NCBI GenBank assembly: GCA_963675665.1
Contig: OY776510.1
Span: 32,001-96,000 of the forward strand
Direction of reading: 5' to 3'
Length of the DNA: 64,000 nucleotides
DNA from: Spirochaetia bacterium
Lineage (GTDB): Bacteria > Spirochaetota > Spirochaetia > UBA9216
The position numbers and the translations under genes were made by a program. The notes beneath the pieces are model-generated. The model saw only the letters and a program-made list of their open reading frames with translations. It was not told where the DNA came from and did not search any database. Positions 9,518-19,357 of this stretch are shown here, piece by piece. Positions within the stretch are counted from its first letter, which is position 1, and every line of letters starts with the position of its first letter.

Positions 9518-9829
9518 TTATTTCAACACTTTACGGATTATCTTTGCATACCCCCGGGGGTCTTTTGAGATTCGTTCATTATCGATTTTTCTTACCCCGG
9601 AAATAACAATACCGTCTTCTACAAAAACGAAGAAAAGGCGAATACCTTCATTGAGTACTTTGCTTTTATCCAGCCTGTTCCTGGAAGCTATCTGTTCAAG
9701 AAGGTCGTCATGACCGACGGAATCATAAATGGAATATTCAGCAGTGTCTCCGAAAATCACCAGGAAACCGCCTGCGCTGCCCCTGGTCTTACCGACATCG
9801 ATCTTGCCTTCAGAAAACCAATATTTCAT
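9518..9829 (-). CDS. Hypothetical protein
   Basis: Likely start MKYWFSEG at 9829, immediately after the matrixin stop; co-oriented operon. Confidence 0.55.
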   Translation of the reverse strand: MKYWFSEGKIDVGKTRGSAGGFLVIFGDTAEYSIYDSVGHDDLLEQIASRNRLDKSKVLNEGIRLFFVFVEDGIVISGVRKIDNERISKDPRGYAKIIRKVLK

Positions 9830-9833
9830 TGCG

Positions 9834-10412
9834 CTAATCCCCGTAAAGGTCCCTGTACAGACCGAGGGTTTCATTGTCAATAAAACCTTTGAACCAGGAT
9901 TCTTCCGGTACAGATTCAGGCTTCATGACGGAGGTTACGGACTCACTGTGCCCAAGGCCTATCATATGGCCTATCTCATGAGCCATAACGCCCTCTATAT
10001 AGTACGAGTCCGCCCTCCCGCTTTCAAGGCACGTAAACCGTGCAAGTTCCTGGTTCAGGATTATATCACATTCGACAATATCACCCTTCCGGTTATACCA
10101 GCACCTGCACCAGGCCGTTTGGCCGAACGGAACGTCATCGGGCCAGCTTGTCGGAAAACTGACGGTATTTTTACCGTCCTTTTTCAAACCTGCGTCGTTG
10201 CGGCCCGCATAAATAAATGTGAAATGCGTCGCATTCTGCCAGCTGTCGAAGGCGTATTCTATGGCCCTTACCGACTGCCCGTTTGCGTTTCGATTAATAT
10301 AGTACCTGATTTCTTCCTGCCGCCAGCGGCTGTTTTCAGTTTTATTGCCCGCGCAGCCGTAAAGTAACAAAACTGCCGCTGTAACAAGCGGCAGTATCTT
10401 GAGGGTTTTCAG
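9834..10412 (-). CDS. Matrixin/M10-like zinc metalloprotease lipoprotein
   Basis: HEIGHMIGLGHS zinc motif and Met-turn SVM; frame stays open to a CTG at 10412, giving LKTLKILPLVTAAVLLLYGC signal peptide. Confidence 0.8.
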   Translation of the reverse strand: MKTLKILPLVTAAVLLLYGCAGNKTENSRWRQEEIRYYINRNANGQSVRAIEYAFDSWQNATHFTFIYAGRNDAGLKKDGKNTVSFPTSWPDDVPFGQTAWCRCWYNRKGDIVECDIILNQELARFTCLESGRADSYYIEGVMAHEIGHMIGLGHSESVTSVMKPESVPEESWFKGFIDNETLGLYRDLYGD

Positions 10413-10424
10413 TTTTTTACCTTA

Positions 10425-10955
10425 TTATTTTATCCAGAACAGGCTGGTAACTGTATATGGGCTGCCTGTTGTTGACGAATCGTCAGTCCAGGCATATATT
10501 GAAGAGGAACCGGATGTCGGAAGAACCAGATCAATAACCATATTATCATACTCCAGCAGGTAGGTTTCATATTGATCGACATTATTCGCTCCGATATAAA
10601 CATAAGTTGCGCCTGCCCCGGAAGTGCTGCCAATCTCGATCTTAAACGATCCGAAATTTGCACCGGTCGGCACGGTCCACGGCCCGACCCTGTTGTCCCA
10701 GCCAATATCCGTTATTTCCTTAGGCGGACCGTCGGCTGCAATCGGCGCTATCGTATAACTGTCCGGCGTAGCCTGTGCTACCGCCTGCGTAACGGCGCTG
10801 GCTATCAAGCCGTCGACTTCCGTTTTTGTGTAATACTGAGCTGCGTCAAAATCCGCTCCCTAACCCCCGTCATCTCCGTCGGTATCGCATGATGTCAAAC
10901 AAAAAAGAAGAATTGCAGTCAGAGAAAGGATAATGACCATTGTTTTTCTCGTCAT
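10425..10955 (-). pseudogene. Lipoprotein gene interrupted by an in-frame TAG
   Basis: ATG at 10955 with GGAGG RBS; MTRKTMVIILSLTAILLFCLTSC-DTDGDDGG-(TAG 10860-10862)-GADFDAAQYYTKTEVDGLIA continues in frame into the track ORF 10425..10808. Confidence 0.75.
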
Positions 10956-11056
10956 ATCTTCCTCCGATATAAATATTTTAATACCTAAATTATATACCCT
11001 TTATTTAAATTTAAACGATTATTTTTCATAAGATATTCGTGAAAGGAATTGAAAGA

Positions 11057-12727
11057 TTAAAGCGGCAGGTTTTTTCCCGCTGCAAGAAGAGCCTCAAAGT
11101 TTTCAGCCGGAAGCGGTTTTGAAAAATAATACCCCTGCATACGCTCACAGTCTAGCGCTATGGCTATGTTCGCCTGTTCTTCGCAGCTGATACCTTCGGT
11201 TATAATTTTCTTGCCGCGGGTTTTTACAAGTGAAACCATCGCCGACAGAAAGTCATGATCCGATTTGCTTGTATGAATGTTATCAATAAATATTTTGTCG
11301 ATCTTTAAAACGTCGGCAGGAATATTCTTGAGATATTCAAGAGAGGACTGCCCGGTACCGAAATCGTCTATATAAATCTCAATTCCCAGGGCTTTCAGCA
11401 TTTCGATCCGTTCTATGAACTTTTCCGGGTTCTTGATTCCTTCGGATTCCGTAATTTCAAGCTTCAGATGACGCGCATCAAGATCATCGGCTGCGGCAAG
11501 CGCGTTTTTTACTATCTCTACAAGTTCGTGATTGCCGAACTCCCGGGCACAAAGGTTGAGAGACACATATACATTATACTTCCTGACCCACGCAGAAAGC
11601 TGCCTTGCCGCCGAGAAAATAACCCATTTACCGATTTCTTCTATAAGACCGGTATCTTCAGCTACCGGTATAAAATCAATCGGAGAAACCAGCCCCCGAT
11701 TCTTATGGTTCCATCGTATCAGGGCTTCTGCTCCCAGAATATTACCGGAGCGGTTTACAATAGGCTGATAATAAAGTTCAAATTCATGGTTATGAAATGC
11801 AGCAGTCAGCTCAGCTTCCATGTTAAGTCTTTTAACGGATTGATTATAAAGTTTTTCATCATAATACATGTATGCCTTACCGGTTCCGACTGATGCTTCT
11901 GCTGCGGCTACAGCCTTTTTCATTAATACCTTTTTATCTTCGCTGTCGTCGGGGAATACTGATATCCCGATAACCGATTTAAGTTTTATTGAATATTTCT
12001 GATGCTGATATGGACTTGTTATACCAGACGATATTTTGTCCGCAACACGCGCCGCGTCTATTCTGGCGGATATTCCCGACAGAAAAACAACAAGTTCGCT
12101 TCCCTGATAAGAAAAAGTAAAATCGCTTTCTCTGAGACATTCCCTGATTCTAAGCCCGGTATTCTCAAGAAGAATATTTCCGATTTCGTGACCGAATTTT
12201 CTGCTTACATCTTTATGGTTTATTATATCGACAAAAAGGACAGCTCTCAGCTTTTCTCCTTTGGAACGCTTTGCTTTTTCCAGTTCCATGTCAAGGATGA
12301 TATCAAGAGAGTTCCTGTTAAACAATCCTGTAAGCGGATCGCGGTATTCATAGTTTATCAGTTTGGATTCGATCTTTCCCATCTTGGTAATATCATGAGT
12401 AAAAACAAGCGCATGTGAAACATCTTTTCCATTTTCCCTGTACGGGTAATACGACACATGCATATACCTGACTTCAATGCCGAATTTAAAGGATTCGACA
12501 TAATGGACCTCTTCTCCCAGGAAACATCGATCCAGGTAAGCCTTCAGCGTATTTTTAAAAATTTCATCTCCCCAAAGCTCTGAAACCGAATGGTTAAGAA
12601 TTTCATCTTTCGTTTTCTGTATAATCTTTTCGTATGCCGGATTTACAACTTCATAAACATAATTTCTGTTTATTAAAGTAATAAAATCCCGTGATGTGTC
12701 TACAATATATTTATATTTTTCGATCAT
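11057..12727 (-). CDS. PAS-GGDEF(degenerate)-EAL protein, likely c-di-GMP phosphodiesterase
   Basis: DPLTGLFNR; GGDEF position reads QGSEL; EAL, DDFGTGQSS, KID and QGYYF retained. Confidence 0.9.
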   Translation of the reverse strand: MIEKYKYIVDTSRDFITLINRNYVYEVVNPAYEKIIQKTKDEILNHSVSELWGDEIFKNTLKAYLDRCFLGEEVHYVESFKFGIEVRYMHVSYYPYRENGKDVSHALVFTHDITKMGKIESKLINYEYRDPLTGLFNRNSLDIILDMELEKAKRSKGEKLRAVLFVDIINHKDVSRKFGHEIGNILLENTGLRIRECLRESDFTFSYQGSELVVFLSGISARIDAARVADKISSGITSPYQHQKYSIKLKSVIGISVFPDDSEDKKVLMKKAVAAAEASVGTGKAYMYYDEKLYNQSVKRLNMEAELTAAFHNHEFELYYQPIVNRSGNILGAEALIRWNHKNRGLVSPIDFIPVAEDTGLIEEIGKWVIFSAARQLSAWVRKYNVYVSLNLCAREFGNHELVEIVKNALAAADDLDARHLKLEITESEGIKNPEKFIERIEMLKALGIEIYIDDFGTGQSSLEYLKNIPADVLKIDKIFIDNIHTSKSDHDFLSAMVSLVKTRGKKIITEGISCEEQANIAIALDCERMQGYYFSKPLPAENFEALLAAGKNLPL

Positions 12728-12866
12728 CTATAATTGATTATCCTGCTGTGGAAATTAAAATGCAAGTATAATTTTTAACGAAATTCCCAATTCTCCAAAA
12801 GTATTGGAGATTATCAGAAAATATCTGTATAATAGGCCAATACTTAATATTAAAGGATATTATTTG

Positions 12867-13445
12867 ATGAAAAAGCTTACTTTAATTCTGATTCTCCTTA
12901 TTGCCTTTACGGCATTTCTTTCGGCAGATAACGTTAAATGGGACAGCAACTACAAGGAAGGCAATATAGCCCTCAGCCTGGACGCAGGGTTTGAAACGCG
13001 AAACGCAGTGGAAATATCCATATACCCCGCCGCCGAAATGATTCTGTTGAAACCGGACCTGGACGGAGTATCATTTCTGGATCTGGGCGCCAAATTAATG
13101 GGGCGGGTCGGAATAGGTTTTCCGGCTTTTGATATCGGCGTGGGTGCAGCCGGCACTGCACATATTGGATTCAAGGATCTTGGAGGAAAGGAGCTTCGAG
13201 AATTTCTTGATCCATTGGACTTTGTTGTTGAAGTAGGGGCGTGTTTTGATTTTATGCCTAATTACTCTTTTCCGCTCGGCCTGATACTTAATTCAGGTCT
13301 GAATTACTGGATTGAAGATAATTTTGCAGTAGGACTTAAATATACCCACTGGCACGGTTACAACGGCGGTATTATATCGGCCCGCATGAAATTCAAAAAT
13401 CAGAAAAAAGCTGAAAAAGCAATCGATAAAGAGCTTAATGATTAA
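12867..13445 (+). CDS. Secreted hypothetical protein, possible outer-membrane beta-strand protein
   Basis: MKKLTLILILLIAFTAFLSA signal peptide; alternating Gly/hydrophobic strands. Confidence 0.6.
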   Translation: MKKLTLILILLIAFTAFLSADNVKWDSNYKEGNIALSLDAGFETRNAVEISIYPAAEMILLKPDLDGVSFLDLGAKLMGRVGIGFPAFDIGVGAAGTAHIGFKDLGGKELREFLDPLDFVVEVGACFDFMPNYSFPLGLILNSGLNYWIEDNFAVGLKYTHWHGYNGGIISARMKFKNQKKAEKAIDKELND

Positions 13446-13456
13446 TACATAAATAT

Positions 13457-14731
13457 CATAGCTGTCCAAAACAATCATAACAGCTCCATTTGAAGTTTTA
13501 AGCCTGGCTCATTTCTGCCGGGCGGCGGTAGTTTATTCAGAATATTCCAGAGATCTTTTCTGGTCGTCAGGATTGATGGAAGCAATTTCATAAGCGAATA
13601 ATGAGTCCATCCACCGGAAGATAACATCTTCAGATATTGCAGCATCAGATGAGTTATCAATGCTATCCAGATCTGAGTCATTACTGCATTTTTCGTCGTT
13701 CCAAAAAACTTCTTTATTTTCAGGTTCTGTTTGATTGTTTTGAAGAATATTTCTATCTGCCATCTGTCCTTATAGACAGCAGCAACTGTTGTAGGTGCCC
13801 AATCAAGCTGATTTGTAAGAATTACAATATATTTTCCTGTTTCCGGATCTTTTATTCTAATTCGCCGTAATTGGAGTGGACACTTCTTGCTGGTGTAGTA
13901 TCCTCGCATTTCAATTATTTGATCTGATGAAATATTTTCATATTTTGAAACATTATTTCTTTGAACAACTTTATAATCTGCATTCTTTTTCATACGAGTA
14001 ATAAAATAAATGCCTGCAATACAATAACTTGCAAATAATTTGAAATCTGTATAGGCCCGATCGAATGCAACTACATCACCTTTATTGAATTTCATTTTCT
14101 TGAGTGAATTAAGCTCATGGGTTTGAGCTGTTGTAACAGATACAAAGTCCGGAATATATCCGCTGTGATCAAGTTTTACATTAAGTTTGATTCCGCCTTT
14201 ATTCTTTCTAAACTTCGCCCATGGAAATACTGACAGGCATAAATCGATGGTTGTCGCATCAACACTGTACAGCGGATTTTTAAATCTATGCTTATGAGAC
14301 CTTTTCATTTTAAGGATCTTTGTCAGCAGGTTATTGAATACATTTTCATAAATTTCTGAGGGTCTGTTGTTATTTGCATAGGAAAGTGTTGAGCGTTTAA
14401 TCTTTTTTACCCCCAAATGATAAAGCATGTTTTTAATCGAATCCAATGCTGTTTCTATGCCTCTAAGTCCGGTCTGTCCTGTAAATTGGGCAAACAGCAT
14501 TGAAACAAATTGTTCCCAACAGGAGAATCCTTTTGAAGCAAAATCTCCTTTATACTTTCTGACAGATCTTTCAAATTCATGTCTCGGAATGATTTGAAGT
14601 ATCTGATTTAAAATGCTATTCTTATAACTCATTGCCTGTTTTCCTTCCGTTGTAATGATTTAAGCTTGCCCGCTCAATTCATTATAACCAGGGATTCAGG
14701 CTATTAATAGTCCTTATTTTGGACAGCTATG
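13457..14731 (-). mobile_element. IS4-family insertion sequence, intact
   Basis: 15-bp terminal IRs CATAGCTGTCCAAAA / TTTTGGACAGCTATG; 9-bp target duplication CATAAATAT at 13448-13456 and 14732-14740. Confidence 0.95.
13475..14632 (-). CDS. IS4-family DDE transposase
   Basis: VDATTIDL, FDRAY and YKDRWQIEIFFK (YREK) motifs. Confidence 0.95.
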   Translation of the reverse strand: MSYKNSILNQILQIIPRHEFERSVRKYKGDFASKGFSCWEQFVSMLFAQFTGQTGLRGIETALDSIKNMLYHLGVKKIKRSTLSYANNNRPSEIYENVFNNLLTKILKMKRSHKHRFKNPLYSVDATTIDLCLSVFPWAKFRKNKGGIKLNVKLDHSGYIPDFVSVTTAQTHELNSLKKMKFNKGDVVAFDRAYTDFKLFASYCIAGIYFITRMKKNADYKVVQRNNVSKYENISSDQIIEMRGYYTSKKCPLQLRRIRIKDPETGKYIVILTNQLDWAPTTVAAVYKDRWQIEIFFKTIKQNLKIKKFFGTTKNAVMTQIWIALITHLMLQYLKMLSSGGWTHYSLMKLLPSILTTRKDLWNILNKLPPPGRNEPGLKLQMELL

Positions 14732-14756
14732 CATAAATATATTTAATTTATGGATG

Positions 14757-14790
14757 ACGGATATCCTTCTTACAGGATATCCGTTTTTAT
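14757..14790 (+). terminator. Intrinsic terminator
   Basis: ACGGATATCCT-TCTTAC-AGGATATCCGT followed by T tract. Confidence 0.7.
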
Positions 14791-14915
14791 TTCAATATTA
14801 CACTCATTCACTAATTCTTTAAGATTTATCAACAGATACATATAAATCTTATAGCTTGTTGTCTGAATCGTCCGGCTGTTCAATAATAAACCAGTAACGC
14901 TGAGAGGTTTATAAA

Positions 14916-15236
14916 ATGTCGGTTAATGATTCCATGGCGGCCAATCTGAAACGATACCGCGAAATGCAGAAGCTTACTCAGGAACAGCTTGCTGAATTGG
15001 CAGGCTGTTCAAAAAACCATCTCAGCGCACTTGAGCGGGGCAAGAAATTCCCCGGAGCGGCGCTGATTGAAAAATTCAGCAGAATCCTGAATGTAAAACC
15101 CTACCAGCTGCTGCTGGATGAATCGGATATAAAAAAGCACCTGAAAAGAGACACTATAATCGAATATGTAATGGAGTCTATTAATACCGATTATTTAAAA
15201 AAGCTGACGGAAACTGACAAAGAAGACAAAAAATAA
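14916..15236 (+). CDS. XRE/Cro-CI HTH transcriptional regulator
   Basis: LTQEQLAELAGCSKNHLSALERGK; GAGAGG RBS. Confidence 0.88.
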   Translation: MSVNDSMAANLKRYREMQKLTQEQLAELAGCSKNHLSALERGKKFPGAALIEKFSRILNVKPYQLLLDESDIKKHLKRDTIIEYVMESINTDYLKKLTETDKEDKK

Positions 15237-15381
15237 AATTCAGAGTCTCAAACAGTTATAGAAGATGTAAAAAACAAACCTTTATCCGTTGTTAACATAA
15301 AGATTGTATTTATTTCTAAATGGCGTTTAATAAAATACAAGTTAAGATATACCGATAATCAATTACAGGAGCTGATACAAA

Positions 15382-16440
15382 ATGGATTTAAGTACCTATT
15401 ATAACAAACCTTTATTCTTTAATCGTAACCGTGTATACAGGGTTTACCGGGGCGGAAGCCTGTTCAGTAATTTTTATGCAGATAAAAATGAAAATACTTA
15501 TTATCCGGAAGAGTGGATAGCATCTACTGTCAGAGCAATAGGAACTCCCCATGATAATATTAAAAATTACGGCTTCTCGAGAATAAAAGGAACAGATATA
15601 GAATTCAAAGAAATTCTTGATTCTTATCCCGGGGAAATGCTAGGGAATATATCAAACTTTAACATTTTCGCAAAACTGTTTCACAGCGCGGTGAGGCTTC
15701 CCGTTCAAACCCACCCTGACAGTCTGTCTGCAAAAAAATATTTCGACAGCCCGACAGGAAAAGAAGAAGCATGGCTGTTCCTGTCGACGGAGGAAGATGC
15801 AGAAATATTTTACGGATTTAAAGACGGAATAAAAAAAGAAGATTTCATTGAAGCTTTGGATAAAAGTGAGACAGACAAAGATATAATGCCGTCTCTTTTA
15901 AATTCACTAAAAGTCTCAAAAGGCGATGTATATTTTGTTCCCGGAGGTATTCCACATACAATCGGCAAAGGTTGCCTTGTCCTTGAAATACAGGAAGCAA
16001 CCGATTTTGTTGTATTAAGTGAACACTGGTGTGATTCCATACATATGGAAGAACCTGAAATGTTTCAGGGTCTTAAGAAAGAGGATGCCATCGATTGCTT
16101 TGATTTTAAAGCTCCTACAGGAGACGCTATTGTTCATAAGGGTAAAGTAATTCCGGAAATTATAGCGGACGATAAAAACATCCATGCTGAAAAGCTTATT
16201 TCAAACGAACAGACAAAGAATTTTAATATGAATTATTATAATATCAAATCAGGCTCATTTAAATTAAACCGGGGACCGTCAATAATTATCCCGATAGAAG
16301 GCGAGGCAATTATTAAATACAGCGGTTTTTCCGAAACAGTTAAACAAGGACAATACTTCTTTCTTCCCTTTGCTGCAAAAAATACTGAACTGACAACAAC
16401 AAACGGCATAAAAATAGTTGAATGTTTTCCGGGAAAGTAA
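15382..16440 (+). CDS. Class I mannose-6-phosphate isomerase-like cupin
   Basis: PEEW, LPVQTHP, GKEEAW, GIPHTIG, LEIQE. Confidence 0.8.
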   Translation: MDLSTYYNKPLFFNRNRVYRVYRGGSLFSNFYADKNENTYYPEEWIASTVRAIGTPHDNIKNYGFSRIKGTDIEFKEILDSYPGEMLGNISNFNIFAKLFHSAVRLPVQTHPDSLSAKKYFDSPTGKEEAWLFLSTEEDAEIFYGFKDGIKKEDFIEALDKSETDKDIMPSLLNSLKVSKGDVYFVPGGIPHTIGKGCLVLEIQEATDFVVLSEHWCDSIHMEEPEMFQGLKKEDAIDCFDFKAPTGDAIVHKGKVIPEIIADDKNIHAEKLISNEQTKNFNMNYYNIKSGSFKLNRGPSIIIPIEGEAIIKYSGFSETVKQGQYFFLPFAAKNTELTTTNGIKIVECFPGK

Positions 16441-16476
16441 AAACAGCTCCTGCCTCCTTCATCTTTCAAGCTGTAC

Positions 16477-17325
16477 CTAAAGTGAATAAACTACATTCAA
16501 CTCTGTAAGTTCTACCCGCTCATTCATTCTGAAATTCTCAATCTGATGAAAAAGAGTATGCGGATCTACCGTATTGAACGCGAACATTCCGAAATGGGTA
16601 CCGAGCACAGGCGTATCCAGCATTGCAGAGAGAACAAGACCTTCTTCAAGATTCATATTTCCTACAATTCCGTTGCTTTCTTTTACCGGATCACGTCCGT
16701 TTACAGGTAAAATCAACAGGTCAAACTGCTTGGAAATAAGCCAGTCGGTAAGTTCGGGGAAAACAGTAGTATCACCGGCAAAAAATATTGATTTACTGCC
16801 GAAATTCAGCCGGTAAGACAAGGCCCAAACGCGTTCAGGATCAAAAAGCGGCTCCGGATGAGCTGCAGGGCAGGCGCTTATTACAAATCTGTCTTCAATG
16901 ATTACATCACGGTCATAACTGATGTTTGTTATCTTTTCAGGCTTTACGCCAAGCTCCAGGAGACTTTGTCTGCAGCCCGGAGGAGCAAGGTAAACAACAG
17001 CCGGATTAATTGCAGAAAGCTTTCTGATAAGATCCGGGTCAAGATGATCTTCGTGCCCATGGCTTATCAGAACATAATCAATTTCATGAAGAACATTTTC
17101 ATCAACCGGAGGAGGTATCATTCTGTTGTGAGAATATGGTGATGAACCGTGGTTTGCTTCAAGGTAATTTGAAAGATAGGCGTCGATCAAAATTAGACTC
17201 TTCCCTGTGCTCATCACAAATCCTGATTGACCTATCCAGAAAAACTCAATGCCTTTCTGAAATACTTCATTAAGGTTTCTTACAATGCCTGTTATTTTTC
17301 TTTTTTTCGGCAGTTTATTATGCAT
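16477..17325 (-). CDS. MBL-fold hydrolase (UlaG-like sugar lactonase family)
   Basis: WIGQSGF, SHGHEDHLD, FAGDT, LPVNG, THFGMF. Confidence 0.8.
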   Translation of the reverse strand: MHNKLPKKRKITGIVRNLNEVFQKGIEFFWIGQSGFVMSTGKSLILIDAYLSNYLEANHGSSPYSHNRMIPPPVDENVLHEIDYVLISHGHEDHLDPDLIRKLSAINPAVVYLAPPGCRQSLLELGVKPEKITNISYDRDVIIEDRFVISACPAAHPEPLFDPERVWALSYRLNFGSKSIFFAGDTTVFPELTDWLISKQFDLLILPVNGRDPVKESNGIVGNMNLEEGLVLSAMLDTPVLGTHFGMFAFNTVDPHTLFHQIENFRMNERVELTELNVVYSL

Positions 17326-17407
17326 CTCCGACCTCGCTGAAATCTTTCTTGGATTAATAATGACACCTATTCTACTTAATGTAAACAGTTTTGGTCAGAT
17401 ATAAACA

Positions 17408-17431
17408 CAATCCGGAGTAGTCTCCGGATTG
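17408..17431 (-). terminator. Stem-loop after kdgK
   Basis: CAATCCGGAG-TAGT-CTCCGGATTG with T-rich tail on the minus strand. Confidence 0.6.
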
Positions 17432-17442
17432 CATAATTATGA

Positions 17443-18540
17443 TTATCTCTTTACCCGCCCTGAAACATCTCCCTTCATAAGAGACATTACCTCATCACGA
17501 CTTGAATAATTAAAATCATGCATAATTGAATGGCAGAGACATGAAGCAGCAACGCCGAAAGCAACAGCTTCCTGAAGGTTTTCAGAAAGCTCATCATCAG
17601 TCAGAGCATAAATCAACCCGGCAGAAAAGGCGTCGCCTCCCCCTACCCTGTCAACAATATTCTTTATTTCATAGGGACTGTATTCTTCACCGCATAAAGG
17701 CGCGAAAAAAGCCTTTTCTGTTTTACCGTCATACAACATAGCACCCCAGTTGTTGTGGCTTGCAGACAGGCTTTCCCTCAATGTTATGGCAACCTTTGAA
17801 ACATTTGGGAACTGTCTGATAATTTGTTTCGCAACATCAGGATACCTCTCAATCTCCAGCTTGCCGGAATGAACATTCGTATCACCAGCCCTTATCTGAA
17901 GAATATCCCAGGCGTCCTCCTCATTGCCTACAACCACATCAACAAAGGGCAGCATTCCCCTCATGATTTTTTCCGCAAGTTCCCGCCGTGAAGTCCCCGG
18001 CTCCCAATTCCATAGTTTCTTTCTGTAATTAAGATCACATGAAACAGTAAGTCCTGAAGCTTTGGCTTCCTTGATCGCGACAAGTGATGCTTCTGCAGCT
18101 GTTTTTGAAACAGCAGGCGTTATCCCGCTTATGTGAAACCAATCTGCACCGCGGAAAGCGCCTTTCCAGTCATATGATTCAGCCGGAGTTTCAGATATTA
18201 CGGAATGCTGCCTGTCGTATATTACACTGCTCGGCCGCTGGTTGGCGCCTGTTTCAACAAAATAGAGCCCTAGTCTGCCGTCGGCTGTATGGATAAAAGA
18301 AGTATCCACTCCGAATTTCCGTACGGAATCAAGACATGCCTGCCCGATTGCGTTTGAAGGCAGGGCTGAAATGAACCTTGCCTGCCTTCCCATCACCTGG
18401 TTTGATACAGCAACATTTGCTTCCGCACCTGAAAAGCTTATAAAAAGATGCCCCGGCATTCCCTGCCGTAATTTCATAAACCCCTCAGGTTCAATCCTGC
18501 CCATAATTTCGCCGAAAGTTACAACTGTTTTGGCACTCAT
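17443..18540 (-). CDS. kdgK: 2-dehydro-3-deoxygluconokinase (PfkB family)
   Basis: FGEIM, GAEANVA, DLNYRKKLW, IVDRVGGGDAF, GRVKR C-terminus; coupled to eda. Confidence 0.88.
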   Translation of the reverse strand: MSAKTVVTFGEIMGRIEPEGFMKLRQGMPGHLFISFSGAEANVAVSNQVMGRQARFISALPSNAIGQACLDSVRKFGVDTSFIHTADGRLGLYFVETGANQRPSSVIYDRQHSVISETPAESYDWKGAFRGADWFHISGITPAVSKTAAEASLVAIKEAKASGLTVSCDLNYRKKLWNWEPGTSRRELAEKIMRGMLPFVDVVVGNEEDAWDILQIRAGDTNVHSGKLEIERYPDVAKQIIRQFPNVSKVAITLRESLSASHNNWGAMLYDGKTEKAFFAPLCGEEYSPYEIKNIVDRVGGGDAFSAGLIYALTDDELSENLQEAVAFGVAASCLCHSIMHDFNYSSRDEVMSLMKGDVSGRVKR

Positions 18541-19202
18541 CAGCTTCCCCTTACCTCTTTCATTATTCTAACTGCTTTATCCGCATTACGCGCAATTGAA
18601 TCCCAGTCGCCGATGTCTATCAGATCTGCCGGGGCAATCCAGCTGCCGCCGAGAGCTATTACTTCCGGCGCCTCAAGATAAGTCCTCATGTTATTTATAC
18701 TCAGCCCCCCCAGCGGGATATACCTTAATCCCAGGAATTTATACGGACCGTTTATACCCTTCAGGTACTTCATTCCGCCCATTCCCTCCGCGTGGAAATA
18801 CTTTAGTACCCGGCACCCGGCTTCAACAGCACATTCAATTTCAGAAGGGATACAGACTCCGGGGGCAAACGGGATATCTGCCGCAGCAGCTGCTGCCATA
18901 ACCTCAGGGTTCAGTCCGGGGGCAACGGCAAAATCAGCACCGCCAGCTTTCACTTCCGAGACCTGGCCGGCAGTTAGAACCGTCCCGGCTCCCGCTGTCA
19001 TCTCCGGAACCCCGGCACTAATACTTTTTAGCGAATCCAACGCAGCATCAGTTCTCAACGTCAGTTCCATGGCGGAAATTCCGCTGTTAATAAGCGTCCT
19101 GGCCAGCGGAACTGCTTTTTCAGCATTATTAATAACCAGTACTGCAATTATACCGGCTTCTTCTATCTTTTTTTCCAGATCGTCCGGGATCATCTTTTTC
19201 AT
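18540..19202 (-). CDS. eda: KDPG/KHG aldolase
   Basis: ELTLRT, GAGTVL, PG...SE, LKYF, PLGG, GGSW; ATG at 19202 with AAGGAG RBS. Confidence 0.9.
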   Translation of the reverse strand: MKKMIPDDLEKKIEEAGIIAVLVINNAEKAVPLARTLINSGISAMELTLRTDAALDSLKSISAGVPEMTAGAGTVLTAGQVSEVKAGGADFAVAPGLNPEVMAAAAAADIPFAPGVCIPSEIECAVEAGCRVLKYFHAEGMGGMKYLKGINGPYKFLGLRYIPLGGLSINNMRTYLEAPEVIALGGSWIAPADLIDIGDWDSIARNADKAVRIMKEVRGS

Positions 19203-19247
19203 ATCTGCTCTCCTTAAGGGTATTTGCATCATCGATAGTATCATTAT

Positions 19248-19285
19248 TAGAGACTTGTGTCAAATTATAGGGACACAAGTCTCTA
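19248..19285. promoter_or_regulatory. Perfect 14-bp inverted repeat, IclR/KdgR operator candidate
   Basis: TAGAGACTTGTGTC-N10-GACACAAGTCTCTA between divergent eda and iclR. Confidence 0.6.
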
Positions 19286-19322
19286 TAATCGGTACAACAA
19301 AAAGTTATTATTTCAGTTTCAG

Positions 19323-19357
19323 TTGTCTTTATTCAGGCATACTGTTATACTTCATTC
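19323..19357 (+). promoter_or_regulatory. sigma70-type promoter, apparently leaderless
   Basis: TTGTCT-N17-TATACT-N6-ATG, no SD. Confidence 0.6.

Noticed and set aside
9729-10367. 212-aa plus-strand ORF
   Set aside because: Antisense to the matrixin gene; no motifs
10860-10862. Pyrrolysine or genome-wide TAG recoding as the explanation for the amber codon
   Set aside because: TAG terminates many clear genes here (e.g. 382, 5350, 34534, 37108) and no pyl genes are in the window
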